This document shows, piece by piece, positions 39,775 through 53,450 of a DNA stretch of 64,000 bases (position 1 is its first letter; each line of letters begins with the position of its first letter). Under the pieces are notes generated by a model. That model worked only from the letters and a program-made list of their open reading frames with translations. It had not been told where the DNA came from and made no database searches. The position numbers and the translations under genes were made by a program. The DNA comes from Octopus bimaculoides. Taxonomy: Eukaryota. The stretch spans positions 21,053,327 to 21,117,326 of the forward strand of contig NC_068994.1 in the NCBI RefSeq assembly GCF_001194135.2, in the 5' to 3' direction.

Positions 39775-40140
39775 GGTGTCACGTAAAAAGCACCGGTGCT
39801 GGTGTCGTGTAAAAAAACACTGGTGCCACGTAAATAGCGCTGGTGTCACGTAAAAAGCACCGGTGCTGGTGTCGTGTAAAAAGCGCTGGTGTCACGTAAA
39901 AAGCACCGGTGCTGGTGTCGTGTAAAAAGCGCTGGTGTCACATAAAAAGCACCGGTGCTGGTGTCACGTAAAAAGCACTGGTGCTGGTGCCACATAAAAA
40001 GCATCCAGTACACTCTGTGGAGTGGTTGGCATTAGGGAAGACATCCAGCTGAAGAAACCAAGCCAAACGGACTATGGAACGTGGTGCAGCCCCTGGCTTG
40101 GCCAGGTCACATCAAACCATCCAGCCCATGTCGGCATGGA
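39775..40140 (+). mobile_element. RTE-tail SINE fragment with expanded internal minisatellite
   Basis: Tandem ggtgtcacgtaaaaagcaccggtgct units, then cactctgtggagtggttggcattagg...catccagct...catggaaa. Confidence 0.8.
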
Positions 40141-40961
40141 AAATGAGTTTGAATATAAGTTCATATATCAAGAGGACAACAATAATTTGATATTTCAAGG
40201 TGGTCTCTTCATCTGAGGGTTTGTATAGAAGCAAAAGTAGCTTATGCTATGGGCCCAGTTTTCATGTACTGAACATATTATTTGAAAATAACATACTATT
40301 CAATAAGTTGGCAATTACATTAAAAAACATTATACATTAAAGGTTCAGTCAATTTATTTTGGTTACATTTAATATCTTATCTTAATATATAATTTACAGA
40401 CTAATATAATGGTAATGCCTGCAACATAGGTTAAGTAATAAATACAAGTTAATTAGGTGGAATTGCTTGCAGAATACAAAATTATGGTCTGTATATCTAC
40501 TTGGTTTGTTTGAAAAAAAAATGTCATTGATTGTTGTCAAAAGAATGTATTTCTGTTTGACATTTTTTATGGAAGCTTTTATCTATCACAGATAGTAAAC
40601 TATCACCATATGCTTCTGTCTGATTAAAAACCATGTTAGAAACAAATAAAGGTCATGTATCACAAGTAAGGCAAGTGTGTTAAACGTATAAGAAAGAAAA
40701 GAGTGTAAATGAAAAAGAAAGTGCTTCTTAAAAAATTATTTGGATTATTATGTTCTAATCACCTTATACACTGAATATACATTTTTTTTTTCCACTGGAG
40801 AAATCTTTGGAGAAGTGTAATCAATGTAATATACAAGTTACTTACAAAAAGCACTTTACTAAACAAGTTATATGACAGGAGTTCTCAAGTATGAAGTACT
40901 GACAGACTAGACATTTAAAGTTAGCTTACAAAATATGATCAGAAAATACTTTTCCACTCAC

Positions 40962-41077
40962 CTGACTGTTCCATAGACCACCCTGTTTGCTCTGATGGTC
41001 ACTTGTTAACCTAATGTAGTTGTTTGTTATCATAGTAGATCCTGTAATATCCCATAATGGGATATTCATGCTTGGAC
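40962..41077 (-). CDS. LMAN2: LMAN2 exon 2: (G)PSMNIPLWDITGSTMITNNYIRLTSDHQSKQGGLWNSQ
   Basis: Acceptor ttctctag, donor GTGAGT, 116 nt, phase 1->0; matches the VIP36 PLWDF.GSTM.T..YVRLT motif. Confidence 0.97.
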
Positions 41078-41639
41078 CTAGAGAAAAGAGAAAGAAAATT
41101 ACAAATTATAACTCAGAAAAGAAATTTTGAAGCAGAAGGGAAGATTTCAGTGCCATTTCTTCAATGATATTGTTAAAACATTTGACTTAATCCTTTTCCA
41201 CGAATAATTCCAAATCTTGTCTCAAATATTGTTGACATCAAGTTACCACTTCTATTTTGAGACCCTCATACAATAAAGAATCAACCCACTTCTCTCTGAA
41301 GGCTGATAGTAATAAGCTTGTAACAAAGTAAGACAGTAAAATTTAAGAAAACTAGAGAAGGATGCTTTGTTTGTTTGTTTGTATGTGTGTGTGTGTTTCT
41401 AACCAAGATTCAAGGCTCCTTCATGGGAATTTCAATATCAACAACAGGGTATTTATTTTTGTATGTATGTATGTATGTATGAATGAATGAATGACTGCAT
41501 GCATGCATGCAAGTTGTAATAATCAAGTCAAACCAAATACTATTATTTTGAAATGCTTTAATACATATGTTTCAGGTCTGTATAATATTTAATAGGAAAT
41601 GCATCCATTACATAAGACCATGTATATATGTATGAATCA

Positions 41640-41735
41640 TCATCATCATTTAACGTCCGCTTTCCATGCTAGCATGGGTTGGACAATTTGACTGAGGACT
41701 GGCGAACCAGATGGCTGCACCAGGCTCCAATCTGA
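41640..41735 (-). mobile_element. RTE-tail SINE 3' end followed by its (TA)/(CA) microsatellite core
   Basis: catcatcatttaacgtccgctttccatgctagcatgggttgga...caggctccaatctga. Confidence 0.85.
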
Positions 41736-41738
41736 GTA

Positions 41739-42798
<1,060 letters not shown>

Positions 42799-43889
42799 GC
42801 ATACACATACAGACATGTGCGAGTGTTTTTCCAGGCTATAATAGGTTGTACAAATATATACTGATGCCTTGTTTCACAGTTGGATGCCCTTTCTGCCTCT
42901 AAATGTCAAGCACAGAACTACAGGATTTCTAAGAAATATCAACAAACATAACCATATTATTTTGCTCAACTGCAAAAGATATAGAATGTAAACATTCATC
43001 TGCACACATACACATATATAAATACACACACACACACACGAGCTTCCATAATTTCCTGAATTGGAGCTTCACCACCAGATGCAATTCCAGTCACAAGGTA
43101 TTGGCCAGCCTGAGCAGTGAGGTAGAACTAAAGGCCACATGGTAACAAAGCAAATGTTGTATCCACACAGCTATATATAATAGTTGTGCATAAAGGAGTG
43201 TGGTGAAGTGAGAGCATTGTTTACTGCTGCTACAGGGCTAATGGTTAAGAAAATGATTGTGAAAAGAGTAGAATGTTAAGAGTATAAGAGATCAAGGTAA
43301 ACAAAGAAAACATGATGTTCATTAATACCTATCAATGAGGATGTGACTAGAGTAAAAATAAGGTGTCTGTGGATAAAGGTAGAGCCCTAGTGTAAGAGGA
43401 CACCACAAACAGAAGTGGTTCATCCTTCTACAGAAAGTACTATTTTTTCTTAAGTCTTTAAAAATTAATTCTCAATATTGTTAAAATTCGAAAAGCTAAT
43501 TATCGGAGCCTCTCTGAATAATTTGATAAGGAAGGTATTTAACTTTCTGATAATCTGCTCTATGGACAAATTTCACTTGCTCTGTAATTCTATAAGTCCA
43601 GGACAACTGTGTACAAGTTGTAAGGCATTACAAAAGCAATTGCTTTTGAGAAATGTTAGCCAATGTATGCAGAGGAAAAAAAGATTCTTTTTATTGCCCA
43701 CATATGATTAATGTATAGCACAACCCATGGTCCTGGGAAAATTTAACCAAACCAATAAGATCTTTAAAAATATATAGCAATAAGAGTCATTGCTCAACAA
43801 AATAAATGAGCTTTCTTTTCTTTTTTTTTTAAATATGTATATTGATAACCTAACTAAAATTCTCAAGTTAATTCATCATCAGCAGTATT

Positions 43890-44570
43890 TTACATTTATT
43901 TTTTTCCATGTTTGCATGGCTTAAATGTGTGTCATCTCCTGTACTTCTCACCAAGTGTTGCAGCTCCTTGTCATCTCTTTCCTGGGGTTCAGTATCTTAA
44001 GATCAGATTTAACAACTTCCCATGTCTTCTTACTCAGGTTCCTTTCACTTCTTTAACCATCATCTTTCATATGCATCACATCTGTACTAGCATAGTCACC
44101 TGCACACTACAGCTGATTCCTTTTATACCCAGTGCTCTGTCTTTCAAACACTATATTACATGTTCATCACAGATACATACTTCGTTTCTTTTCAACCTTC
44201 ATGTGTCTTCTGCATTCAAAGCCCATGTTTTGCTAACATGCAAAGTCTCAATTCAGACAATCATCATACCAGCAGTTTTTCATTTGGAGAGAAAAAACCT
44301 TGTAACCTTGTTCCATCTATAAATCTGGTCTATAGTTTGGCATCAGGTTGTTTTGTAGAAACTCCCAGTTGTCTATGTTATAAACCTTATTTTCTATTCT
44401 TCCTTGTCATAGGCAGGCATTGCCTAATATTTTTCACTGATACTACAAACTACTACTTGAGAACCAGCTACATTCAAGGTCCTTCTTCTATCAAGCCTGC
44501 CTGTGATCCCACTGTATACCTTGTGCATTTATTATTCACATTGGACATTGGATACACAGTATAGATTTCC
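43890..44570 (-). mobile_element. RTE LINE fragment(s)
   Basis: SKTWALNAED.RLKRNE, ALGIKGISCSVQ and KTWEVVKSDLKILN motifs. Confidence 0.75.
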
Positions 44571-44656
44571 TACATCCATACCAAGAATAGCCATGCTCTT
44601 GATGGTAGAAAAATTTTGTATTCTTTCTTGCAAACTAAAACTTCAATCTTTGTTAA

Positions 44657-44908
44657 CCCTTTTCTTACTATATTTCTTTTGAAACAATCATTGTCAATCT
44701 TAGTTTCAAAAATAATAAAGAATATATTAAAATAACTTTGTCCTCATTAAGCCGAAATTTGGAACATAAATTAGTATGAAATCCTATTGAAACATTTTAG
44801 TTTTAATTTGGAACATAAATTAGTATTAAATTCTATTGAAAGGTTTTAAAACAGACAGTTTGCATCATAGAACCAGCAGTGGTTTCAGGCAGGTTGGTAT
44901 CAAAAGGG
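44657..44908. mobile_element. piggyBac-type MITE (252 bp) with an internal ~49-bp tandem duplication
   Basis: TTAA at 44653-56 and 44909-12; termini ccctttt / aaaaggg. Confidence 0.8.
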
Positions 44909-45099
44909 TTAAACTTAAATTCTAAATTTCTTGATTCTAGACTGCTTTCTCACTTAGAATTTTTGTTCCAATTCTTTAATTGATTTGGCAATGAGAAGTA
45001 GGTCATCAGTATACAAGCGTATGCTCATGGGCAGCTGGTCTTAAATTCCTCAGTTATATTAAAAAGGAGACTGAAAACCAAACCTTGAACGTATAGCCT

Positions 45100-45715
45100 G
45101 AAAACACCTCCCTGTATTATCTAACTGCCTGTCCTACTTCAGTTATTTTCAGCATCTCAGTAACTATTCCTAATGATGCAACTGCTTTCTCTACCTTCAA
45201 ACCCTTAATGGCCCTTTTGACCATGCAGCTGTTAATTGCATCAGCTAATATTTTTATTGGGTTTACATGGCGTAGCCCCTCTCTCTCCAGTGAGGTGCAT
45301 ATACACAATGCTAACATTCCATATACACTTTTCTTCAATGAAATTCTGATTCACATTGATAAACAGCCTTACAACTTGGAACACCACATATCTCTGATTC
45401 TCCTCTCATTGCAGAACATTGGCAAATCTTTCTGCTCCTCTCTATGTTTAGTTTACCTGACAACTAGCTTCTCTCCAAGCTACCTGATATGATTTGTTGC
45501 CCCACCCAACCATCATTCTTTCCAAGTCTATTTATTATAGCCTTATCCTCTGAAGTATTATCATCAGTTTTACATTCCATCTAACTGGATCCTTGTTGAA
45601 TCCATAGATCTGATCTGTGATTTGCAGCAGGTTGTTTTGTAGAAACTTCCAAGTTGTCTTCTACATTATAAGTCTCCCTCTACTATGCCTCCTTCTCATA
45701 GGCAGGTATTGCCAA
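45100..45715 (-). mobile_element. RTE LINE fragment
   Basis: VKRAIKGLKVEKAVASLGIVTEMLK (cf. KAAGPSGI.AEMLK); degraded. Confidence 0.7.
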
Positions 45716-46569
45716 GTATTTCTTAAACAGAATTCTAAAAATAAAATGGTATAACTACTACTCTTATGCATATGTAAACAAATCATCCCTGAAATAGGAA
45801 TTGTAGGTAAGTGAGAGAGAGCAAGTGTCAGTAAGCAGTTTTATCATCAACTGAACACTTTAAAAATCAACATCAACAGTAATTCTTATAATTCTAGCTT
45901 AACTGGTATAGAAATCACTATTTCCCAAATCAAATTTCATGTCATGAAATTGTCAGTTACATATGATAGTGCAATACTGACCTGATAGGGGATGCCTATG
46001 CATAGTGAATGGTTGTTAGACACATCATTAGCTATTTAAGATCAAATTCCATGTCATAGCTAATCAAAATTATTGGAATCTCCCTTGTTCTTTAAAGAAG
46101 GATTCTCTTTGAAACATAAGCACTCAATTCTCATGAAACACAAAGTAATCTTTGTGTTTCATTAACTATGTTTTGTCAATGCAGACACTCACAAGTTTCC
46201 TCAAATTCAAGTTTGTTTTATTTTTCTTCTTAGAATCTCCAGTCTGAGAATGAGTACTAGAATGACTTCCTATATCCTACACTAGGTTAACACTATAACG
46301 CATGAAATTCCTCAATTATTCACAGATGTTCTTAATGCTGGTAACTGCAGATCTAAATTGTACAATTAACAGTTTCATAATTCCGATTTCTGTTCAAACC
46401 ACGCTAAGATTAATTAACCATTGTATCTCAGAAACAGCAAAGTGCTTAAGGAATAAAAATAAAAATGCAAAACATTTCTGTCTACATACTGTCAATACTA
46501 AGCTTGAAACTTTACATCTGAGGGCAACCAATAATCTTAGTTCTATGATAGTTTGTTGTATTGTCTGGC

Positions 46570-46880
46570 ACTCTGTCAGCTATGACAATGAGAGTTCCAG
46601 TTGATCCAATCAACAGAACAGCCTGCTCACGAAATTTATGCCCAAGTGATTGATACCTTATCTATACCACAGACACAGATACCCTTCATATAATTCTTAG
46701 GGGAGATTCAGCATGACACAGAGTGTGACAGGGCTGCCCCTTTGAAATACAGGTATTACTAATTTTTGCCAGCTGAGTGGACTGGAGAGCAATGCTAAAG
46801 TGTCTTGCCCAAGAACACAATACACCACTGGGAATTGAATTCATGACCTTATGATTGTGAACCAAAAACCCTAACCACAC
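46570..46880 (-). mobile_element. Older SINE sharing its 3' domain with the 29304 element
   Basis: gttccagttgatccaatcaacagaacagcctgctc..gaaatt, gattcagcatgacacagagtgtgacagggctg = rc of 29500-29640. Confidence 0.75.
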
Positions 46881-48421
46881 ACCTTCACTACATTGTAATG
46901 TCTACATTAAAACAAAACCAACTTTCAATGCTTACCAACATCTGGTGTGAAAAGTAATTGCACAAATTCCAATATGTATACTTACATGGTCAGTTTGAAA
47001 ACACATTCATTTTATTATTTACTATAGTTTGAATGAAAGGATTTATTGCTGAAATGAATAATTACTTTCATTAAACAAATTAAAACATACTAAGGGGATC
47101 TATATACAGACTAATCATTTATTTTATAGTCTGTTATAAAATAAAAAGAGTGAGGGTGGATGAAAATGGTTTCCTGCACTATGCCAGCATTGTACCACAA
47201 GAGATAGTTATATTTTTTTTTAATTCAAAGCCTTAAAAAATCTATACTAATGCTTGAGTATCTTAACAGAAATGAATTTATAATTTTCATATATTTATCA
47301 TTCGTCTTTGCATAAAACATAGATATACTTACAATGTAATACCATATTGTTTTTATGTGTAGTTTGATATCTACTTTCATATTTGATGTATGCAGACAAT
47401 AATTGTATACATTTAAGAGTTCTTCATCTTATATATTTGCTTTGTTAATTATTATGATTCATATTATTCGTTTGGTTGAAATACTTCATCTGAAAGATCA
47501 GTTGATTATATCCGACCTAGTCGTACATGTTTAAACAGTATTTACCAGAGATGCAATATACTTAAAATGTAACAACCACATCTGTATATAAACAAACTTA
47601 CATTTGTTTTTTAGAAGCGTTGAATGTCTCATACAATACAGACAAGAAAGTGATATTTTAAAACGCAGTATTGTCATTAAAGCAGCAGAAAAATTGGGCA
47701 ATATTACCCTTACAAGGCAGAAAAAGTTGTCAACAAACAGCCATGGGAATTGAACCCATATCCCCCAAGACACCGGTTGAGTGCTTTATTTAAAATGCTA
47801 CAGTTTATTATTTGTAGTAAGAACTTCATATTTTGAACTGCAAAAGCTTTAATAGAAGTATAAATGTTACACAAAATATATATATTCACAATCTAACTAC
47901 AGATACACAAATTGCACAAATCCAGAGGAAAAACATCATAAAACTATCTGAACACCTGGTTTAACCACATAAGTCAGATAACTAACTTAACAGCTTGTAT
48001 CATGTCCAATACATAGATCATATCATTAACCATATAAACATATTTGTTACAACTAATTTATATAAGTAATACTATCGTTACAAACAGGGACAGATAGCAA
48101 TAGCAAAACATTGAAATAAATGCTTTATTTGGTATTTGCTTTCATCCCCATGAAATCCCACAATGCATTGTTTGCATTTGATTAATTCAATCAACTTTCA
48201 CCTATCCTACAAGTGTGATCTCAAGCTTCTAATTAGCATCCAACATCCCTCATCATTTGCGTGTACACACACACACAAAGAGAATTGACATCAGGACGTG
48301 CATCTGGCCATTAAAGCACTCTCAAGAAACAGTCCTTTCCAACTCAATGCCAGCATAGAAAAGTGAATGCCAATCTATGATGAATGTGTGTGCATTTTAT
48401 ATATATATATATATATATATA

Positions 48422-48431
48422 NNNNNNNNNN
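48422..48431. other. Assembly gap (N)
   Basis: N run inside a (TA)n tract. Confidence 0.99.
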
Positions 48432-48519
48432 TATATATATCAATAATTATGCATATATGAATTTATAAATGTACATAGACACATGCATACTATCTTTACT
48501 GTAGTCTTATAAGTTGCAT

Positions 48520-48720
48520 GGCAACCTCACTAGTGCTGGTGCCATGAGAAAAGCATCTGATACACTACATTAAGTAGTTGATGTAAGGAAGGGCATCCAG
48601 CTGCAGTAACTGTGCTAAAGCTGTCATTGGAGCACAATACAATTGTTGGACCTGTCAGAATCTATCAAGCAGTCCAATCTATGACAGCATGGAAGATGGA
48701 TTTTAAATGGCATGTTGTAT
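48520..48720 (+). mobile_element. RTE-tail SINE copy
   Basis: agtgctggtgccatgagaaaagcat...taaggaagggcatccagctg...agcatggaagatggattttaaatgg. Confidence 0.7.
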
Positions 48721-48730
48721 GCATATATGT

Positions 48731-48732
<2 letters not shown>

Positions 48733-48812
<80 letters not shown>
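48733..48812. repeat. (TG)n(TA)n compound microsatellite
   Basis: Direct reading. Confidence 0.97.
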
Positions 48813-49329
48813 AATTATATGTAAACAAAGGCCTCACTGTTCTGTATCCTTTACTTGCAGTCCACAGAAAGCTTGTTCAGGATCCTTGACATGTCTCAAT
48901 ATGTTGTACAATATTTGTAAACAAAAGGCTCATTCAAATAATCTCATATCTTTCCACTTCTCTGCATAACCATTATACAGGATGTTCATTGTTCAACAGA
49001 CTTGCTTACAAACAGGTGAAGGTTAGCATCAAGGCCATCTGCCAGTAGAAAACTATGCTCCAGTGTAGTCTCATTTGATCCATGCGAGCATGGGAAAGTA
49101 AATCTTCAAATGATAAGATATGTTCCTAAAATGGTTAAGAAACAATATGATACAAAGTCCAGATAATGCCCTAGCTACTATCTTCCACAAACATATGTTA
49201 GATTTCTATAACAAGACCTATAAAGAAAAAATCCTAGAGCCTTCTTGAAGTCTTCAATTCCACTTTCAAAGAAAGGTGGCTTTCACCTGTCTCAGAACAC
49301 TCACCTCTAGACTCAAATATTTTTAACTA

Positions 49330-49620
49330 TGTTCCTTAATAGAATTTCCCCTCATATTGTCCCATCCAGCATCGGAACCAAAATGATCTCTGCAAATGTA
49401 GATCAACATTATATATATCCTTACCCTTAAAATGCAGAAACTCCAAGCAAAAGGCATCAATTGTATTTGTGTATTTTTCCAAGGCATTTGATAGTATTGA
49501 TAGAAGAGCCATGCTATATATCTTGTTGATCTATAGTATTCTAGATTGTCAAAACCATCACCATATATGAAAGCTCATCAGTCTTTGTGCAAAGCACAGA
49601 GAGTTCAAATAAAATGTTTC
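49330..49620 (+). mobile_element. Non-LTR retrotransposon RT fragment
   Basis: KASIVFVYFSKAFDSIDRRAMLYIL matches the RT D(F)SKAFDS motif. Confidence 0.6.
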
Positions 49621-49864
49621 TAACAATAGTGGGAATACTAGCTCCATTTCTTTTGTGATTGTAGTAACTACATCCTTAGTCAAAGCCTTGAACCCATCCA
49701 AGACACAGGCCTAGTCATCAAGCAGAAATGATCAAGATATCAGTAGAACTTGTATTTCTTTGACCTTAACTTTACTGATGAAGTTTCCTCACACCTCATC
49801 AAATGTGTGGTGTGTCAGACTTGTTAACATCCCTTGAAAATGCTGCAGCCAATGTTGGTCTGTT

Positions 49865-50083
49865 TATATCATCATCATCGTTTAACATCCGCCTTCCATG
49901 GTAGCATGGGTTGGATGATTTGACTTGAGGACTGGCAAACCAGATGGCTACACCAGACTCCAATCTGATCTGGCAGAGTTTCTACAGCTTGATGCCCTTC
50001 CTAATGCCAACCACTCCGAGAGTGTAGTAGGTGCTTTTACGTGCCACTGGCATGAGGGCCAGTCAGACAGTACTGGCAATGGC

Positions 50084-50090
<7 letters not shown>
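49865..50090 (-). mobile_element. RTE-tail SINE copy
   Basis: catcatcatcgtttaacatccgccttccatgg...gatgcccttcctaatgccaaccactccgagagtg. Confidence 0.85.
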
Positions 50091-50150
<60 letters not shown>

Positions 50151-50499
50151 GTATGCACGTACACAGCAAATTTTAGTTTTCACTGACATGAGTGGTAAAT
50201 TTAGGATGGACCTAAATTTTGAAAGGCTGCATACCGTCTGTGCATGTATGTTTCTCCATTAGGATATCTGCAGGAAATCATGGTGTGAGTTTAATTATGC
50301 TTAGACTCCCATAACATACTATGCTGTGCAAAAGGCCATGGAGGCCATCACAATGTTCCTTTCTGCAGAAATGCAGAAGTCTTGAGGAAAAGGCTGGCAT
50401 CCTTTTTCGCACTAAAGCTGCTACTGGAACAAAAATAAAGATACATAGAATGTATGTGTTTTTCTTTCTCTGTATGTATGTGCATGTGTATATATGTGT

Positions 50500-50565
<66 letters not shown>

Positions 50566-50868
50566 NNNNNNNNNNNNNNNNNNNNNNNNNNNNNNNNNNN
50601 NNNNNNNNNNNNNNNNNNNNNNNNNNNNNNNNNNNNNNNNNNNNNNNNNNNNNNNNNNNNNNNNNNNNNNNNNNNNNNNNNNNNNNNNNNNNNNNNNNNN
50701 NNNNNNNNNNNNNNNNNNNNNNNNNNNNNNNNNNNNNNNNNNNNNNNNNNNNNNNNNNNNNNNNNNNNNNNNNNNNNNNNNNNNNNNNNNNNNNNNNNNN
50801 NNNNNNNNNNNNNNNNNNNNNNNNNNNNNNNNNNNNNNNNNNNNNNNNNNNNNNNNNNNNNNNNNNNN
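50566..50868. other. Assembly gap (N)
   Basis: N run between (TG)n and (TA)n tracts. Confidence 0.99.
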
Positions 50869-50892
50869 TATATATATATATATATATATATG

Positions 50893-51320
50893 TCATCATC
50901 ATCGTTTAACGTCCGTTTTCCATGTTAGCATGGGTTAGATGGTTAGACTGAAGGCTGGCAAGCCAGGAGGCTGCACCAGGCTCCAATCTGATTTGGCAAG
51001 GTTTCTACAGCTGGATGCCCTTCCTAATGCCAACCACTCCACAAGTGTGGTAGGTGCTTTTTACATGCCACTGGCATGGGAGCCGGTCAGGCGGCACTGG
51101 CATCCACCGCGTTCGAATGATGCTTTTTATGTGCCACCGGCACAGGAGCCAGTCAGGCAGCACTGGTATCGGCCACAGGTCTTCACAAGCATGGCATATT
51201 GCCCGACTATTGAAGGCTACTTTTAAATGGGCCAGTTATGCGACAGTGGCATTGGCCAAGGCTACAATCTCACTTGGCTTGCTGGGTCTTCTCAAGCATA
51301 GCATATCTCCAAAGGTCTTG
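50893..51320 (-). mobile_element. RTE 3' end / RTE-tail SINE copy with modular repeats, abutting microsatellite core
   Basis: Same tail plus ggtcttctcaagcatagcatatctccaaaggtcttg (rc of the RTE C-terminal DLWRYAVLEKT-like segment). Confidence 0.85.
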
Positions 51321-51497
51321 TATGTGTGTGTGTGTGTCGGTGTGTGTATATATATATATGTATATGTGTATATATGTGTGTGTATATAAATACGTGTATG
51401 TGTGTGTATATATGTGTGTGTGTTTGTATTATATGTGCATATATGTATGCCTATATGTGTGTGAATATATATGTGTGTATGCATGTATGTGTGTGTG

Positions 51498-51548
<51 letters not shown>

Positions 51549-51550
51549 TA
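51320..51550. repeat. Mixed TG/TA/CA microsatellite
   Basis: Direct reading. Confidence 0.95.
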
Positions 51551-51699
51551 ATAAATACTACCTGTGATACTGCTAAGATGTTCATTTTGTGTGTAAAAAG
51601 AAACTCAAAACTATTTAACTATCCCAGTCTGAAAAATTGTAAATTACTACCCATATTTCATGTATCCCTTCCTCGAGTTCTTAAATGTTGTTTAACTAC

Positions 51700-53280
51700 A
51701 TGTCAACTATAATTGAACAGACCTGTGGTCAAAGCTGTTCCAGTGGTTACCATCGTCTTTTTTCCGGTACACTTTATCCGAAACTAGGTGAATTGACTGT
51801 TGTTTCTCACAGATCAAGCCTCCATACAGCTTCACTTGATTGTTATTGATTTATTTCATTGGTGCTCTTTCCACGCTTCCGAAGTCAGAGAAAAGAAAGC
51901 GAATTGACATGAAATAACCAACTCAAGTGTTATTATTTCCATACTCTTCAAAAAATAAATAAAATAGTGACAATCCCATCTTTTTACGAATTCCTATGAG
52001 TAAGATTAACATTATCTACAGCGTTCATCCCTTTTTTAAGACAGTGGGGTTAATAATAGGGAGATTTCTAGATGGTCGAACGATCATCTATAGGCTCCCT
52101 TAATAGTTCATCCCTAATTGAATTGTAGTTTTACCACTGGTGTGCTCAATCAGTAGCTGTTTCATCGAACTTTCAAACAGGCTAATAGTATATAGTATGT
52201 CTACTACTTCTGCAGTGGTTAAAATGTGATTTGTAGATTTGATTGTTAATTCTAGCGAGTCGAGCAAACGTGAGATTCCTCTTCGTTAAGTGAGCATTCT
52301 GTCTTTTTAGAACAAGGATGTACCCATGTGAGTTATTTCTTTTAAAGTGGTTTGAAAGAAATTTGCCTGCCATCTCCTGTAGGGAGAGACACAACGCAGT
52401 AGTAGTGGTAGGTGTGTTAAGTTGCTTCACAAAAATCGGTTAGACTAGTAAAACACCCGTAACACACCCGAGATAAACACGCGCTAAATAGTAGATAAAG
52501 GTGTCTAATAGTTTCATTAGTAGTAATCAAGATTCGCGTCCTATATTATTATATACTATAACTTAGCTTGTTCGCGCTGATTTCTTTTCTATAGGGATTT
52601 CCCATAGCTAAGAGCACATTATATTACCCTAACTTCGATGCATTACATTGTCAAAGTCATAAACTTAAAATGGAAGAAAATGATTGACTTGTGTCTTAAT
52701 TCCATACCTAGTATTTATATATCGAATTCGAAGAGACACAAGTGACAATGGTGCAATTTGAACTCAAAACGTAGAAGGATGAAAATAAATACTCCAACAA
52801 GCATTTCGTCTACCATTCCTACTACACTTTTATGCTTTTCGATATATTTTAATTTTGCTTCAACGGGATGTGAATCACGATGTTTAACCATTTAGTATTT
52901 TGGTTCCACTCTTTTATATAATAGGATACCAAAAAAAAAAAAATGATATTCTTTTCTCAGAATCCTCACCATCGAAAAAAGAAATGAAATCAGACAAGGA
53001 TAGGAAAAGTTACAGACACTTAATACAGAGAAGATTCTACGGACTTACCTAAATAAGGTTTTACAAGCGTGTGTTCTCTTTTCAAATAATCTTTTGTGTT
53101 CCATTCGCTTAAGACTGTAGAAAAGATGGTTAATAAAAGGGTGAAGAGACAACATTCGATACCGACCGATAAGGAAGCCATATTTCGTCGAATAACGTGA
53201 AAAACGTGATTCTATCCCAGAATGCCGAAACGCTCTGTTACCTTTTCAGTGTTGGTTACACGCCTCTCTGTGGCTAGCTC
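51700..53280 (-). promoter_or_regulatory. Relatively CpG-rich LMAN2 promoter / first exon / proximal intron 1
   Basis: Visibly more CpG dinucleotides (cgtcg, aacgtg, cgcgct, ttcgcg) than flanking DNA, centred on exon 1; assessed by eye, not counted. Confidence 0.5.
53049..53181 (-). CDS. LMAN2: LMAN2 exon 1: MASLSVGIECCLFTLLLTIFSTVLSEWNTKDYLKREHTLVKPYL(G)
   Basis: ATG at 53181-53179, hydrophobic signal peptide, KREHTLVKPY motif matching VIP36 KREHSLIKPY, donor GTAAGT; phase 1. Confidence 0.95.
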
Positions 53281-53450
53281 TCTCGCTCTCTCTCATTTTC
53301 TCTTTCTCTCTCTCTCTCTCTTCCCTTTTTCTCTCTCTCTCCTCTCTTTCCCTCTCGCTTTCTTTTCACTTTCTCTCCCTTTCTCTCTCTTTCTTTCTCT
53401 CTCTTCACTTTCTCTTTTTCTCTCTATCTCTTCTCTTTCTCTCTTTTTTT
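53275..53450. repeat. Polypyrimidine (CT/CTT) tract just upstream of the LMAN2 start (GA-rich on the sense strand)
   Basis: About 175 nt of almost only C/T, starting roughly 95 nt upstream of the ATG. Confidence 0.9.

Noticed and set aside
39775-40003. CRISPR-like array of palindromic repeats
   Set aside because: No unique spacers, no cas genes, eukaryotic intron context; it is a minisatellite within a retroposon tail.
47531-47773. Minus-strand ORF as a candidate LMAN2 first exon
   Set aside because: No lectin similarity; the true exon 1 is at 53049-53181 with the correct phase.
52182-52430. 82-aa minus-strand ORF in the CpG-rich region
   Set aside because: No recognisable domain and no splice link to LMAN2.
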